DNA of 64,000 bases from Vulcanimicrobiota bacterium. GTDB lineage: Bacteria; Vulcanimicrobiota; Vulcanimicrobiia; Vulcanimicrobiales; Vulcanimicrobiaceae. Position numbers and translations under genes: made by a program. Under the pieces are notes generated by a model. The model saw only the letters and a program-made list of their open reading frames with translations. It was not told where the DNA came from and did not search any database. Below, one piece after another: positions 61,832-64,000 of this stretch. Position 1 is the stretch's first letter. Each line of letters opens with the position of its first letter. Location of the stretch: NCBI GenBank assembly GCA_963714015.1, contig OY970223.1:2144001-2208000 (forward strand). The letters run 5' to 3'.

Positions 61832-64000
61832 ACCTGGTCTGCATCGGCGGCGGCCCGGCCGGATTGTACTTCGGGCTGCTGATGAAGAAGGCCGATTCGG
61901 GCCATCGCGTTCGCGTGATAGAACGTAACCGCCCATACGACACGTTCGGCTGGGGCGTCGTGTTTTCGGACGCGACGCTCGAGAATCTGCAGCGAGCCGA
62001 CGAAGCCACCCACGACGAGATTCGCGCGGGGTTCGCGCACTGGGACGACATCGAGATCCATTTCAAAGGGCACACGCTTCGCTCCGGCGGACACGGGTTC
62101 TCCGGCATCGGCCGCAAGCATCTGCTGAACATCCTGCAACGGCGCGCCGAAGAGCTCGGCGTGGAGCTCGTGTTCGAAAGAGAGGTCGCGGACCTCGGGC
62201 CGTACCGCGATGCGGATCTGATCGTCGCCTCCGACGGCATCAATAGCCGCGTGCGCGCGACGAACGCCGATCGCTTCCAACCCGACTTGGACACGCGCAA
62301 CTGCCGCTTCGTCTGGCTGGGAACGACGCTGCCGCTCGACGCGTTCACCTTCGTCTTCGAACGCACCGAGCACGGCTGGTTCACCGTCCACGCATATCGT
62401 TTCGACGAGAACACGAGCACATGGATCGTCGAATGCCGCGAGGAGACTTGGGTCGCCCACGGCCTAGATCGCGCCGATACCCAAACCACGCTGCGCTTCT
62501 GCGAGGACCTGTTTGCGCCGTATCTGCACGGCCACGCGCTGATGTCGAACAGCCCGCACCTGCGCGGCCGCGACTGGCTCAACTTCACGCGCGTCAGCAA
62601 CGCGCACTGGACCGACGGCAATATCGTGCTGCTGGGGGACGCGGCGCATTCGGCGCATTTCTCAGTGGGATCCGGAACCAAACTCGCTATGGAGGACGCG
62701 ATTGCGCTGCAGCGCGCCCTTTGCGAAGAACTTTCCATGACGGCTGCGCTCGAACGCTACGAAAGCGAACGGCGCATCGAAGTGCTGCGGCTGCAGAACG
62801 CGGCGCGCAACAGCACCGAATGGTTCGAAAACGTCGCCCGCTACGCGCAGTCTGCCGCCCGAACAGTTCGCGTACAGCTTGCTCACGCGCAGTCAGCGCA
62901 TCAGCCACGAAAATCTGCGGCTGCGCGACAAAAACTACGTCGAGTCGGTGGAGCGCTGGTTCTCACCCGCGGGCGAACCCGTGCCGCCGATGTTCACGCC
63001 GATCCGGCTGCGCGAACTCGAGCTGCGCAACCGGGTCGTCGTCTCGCCGATGGACATGTACAGCGCGATTGAAGGAACGCCGAACGACTTTCATTTGGTG
63101 CACCTGGGTGCGCGCGCGCTTGGCGGCGCGGGCATGGTCTATACGGAGATGACGTGCGTGAGTCCCGAAGGGCGGATTACACCCGGCTGCACCGGGATGT
63201 ACAAGACCGAGCACCTCGCGGCGTGGAAACGCATCGTCGATTTCGTGCATGAATGGAGCGGCGCTAAGATCTGCCTGCAGCTGGGACACAGCGGCCCCAA
63301 AGGTTCGACGAAACTGATGTGGGAGGGCATGGACGAGCCGCTCGCCGAGGGCAATTGGCCCGTCAGCGGACCCTCGCCGATACGGTACGGTCCGCAGAAT
63401 CAACTGCCGCGCGAACTCTCCTGCGCCGAGATGAATCACATTCGCAGCGAATTCGTGCGCGCGTCGGAAATGGGAGTTCAAGCCGGGTTCGACATGCTCG
63501 AGTTGCACTGCGCACATGGGTACTTGCTGTCGAGCTTCATCACGCCGCTGCAAAACCGGCGCAGCGACGAGTACGGCGGATCGCTCGAGAATCGCCTGCG
63601 CTATCCGCTCGAGGTCTTCGCGGCGATGCGCGCGGTGTGGCCGGAGCATTTGCCGATGTCCGTGCGCATCTCAGCTACGGACTGGGTTGAGGGCGGCATC
63701 ACGGCCGAGGACTCCGTCGAGATTGCGCGGGCCTTTAAAGCCGCCGGCGTGGATTTGGTCGACGTCTCGACCGGCCAAACCTCGCGCGAAGCGAATCCAG
63801 TGTACGGCCGCATGTTTCAAACGCCGTATGCGGATCGAATTCGCAACGAGGTCGGCGTCAAGACGATGGCGGTCGGCAACATTTTCGAACCGGACCACGT
63901 CAACGGAATCATCGCAGCGGGGCGCGCGGATCTCTGCGCGATCGGGCGGCCGCACCTTGCCGATCCGAACTGGACGCTGCACGCCGCCGCCCAGCTCGGG
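61828..64000 (+). CDS. Bifunctional salicylyl-CoA 5-hydroxylase/anthraniloyl-CoA monooxygenase-type oxidoreductase (frameshift near 62851; runs off the right edge)
   Basis: [38 protein letters not shown], then an OYE-like domain: [35 protein letters not shown]. Confidence 0.9.

Noticed and set aside
1..64000. CRISPR array, tRNA/rRNA genes, transposase or integrase
   Set aside because: I saw no regularly spaced repeats, cloverleaf or rRNA-like sequence, or DDE/recombinase motifs. The Cas4-like domain belongs to the TM0106 protein.

Overview
GC-rich bacterial chromosomal window with about 52 CDS and no rRNA, tRNA, CRISPR array or transposase that I can see. The abundance of secreted beta-propeller lipoproteins, large TonB-dependent receptors and MalT/LuxR/BTAD regulators resembles Eremiobacterota (inference, not tested). 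Contents: PAS-GAF sensor, aquaporin, phosphatase, ClpN-VOC fusion, TM0106-type nuclease-helicase, Xre-RES toxin-antitoxin pair, TamB, FNT channel, desaturase, M28 peptidase, three large ATPase-TPR regulators, HD-GYP protein, an OmpR/histidine kinase pair, two TonB-dependent receptors, a TBDT-SBP-asparaginase-cyanophycinase operon and housekeeping enzymes. Main leads: (1) all 11 clear frameshifts are +1 insertions in or beside AGCT, suggesting a DNA-modification footprint in long-read data; (2) an unannotated 25-aa exported-type peptide gene lies between a TPR-LuxR regulator and an HD-GYP gene; (3) a candidate cyanophycin or isoaspartyl-peptide scavenging locus; (4) a TBDT with a duplicated C-terminal extra domain; (5) two candidate structured 5' leaders. 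All calls come from reading motifs by eye, with no database searches.
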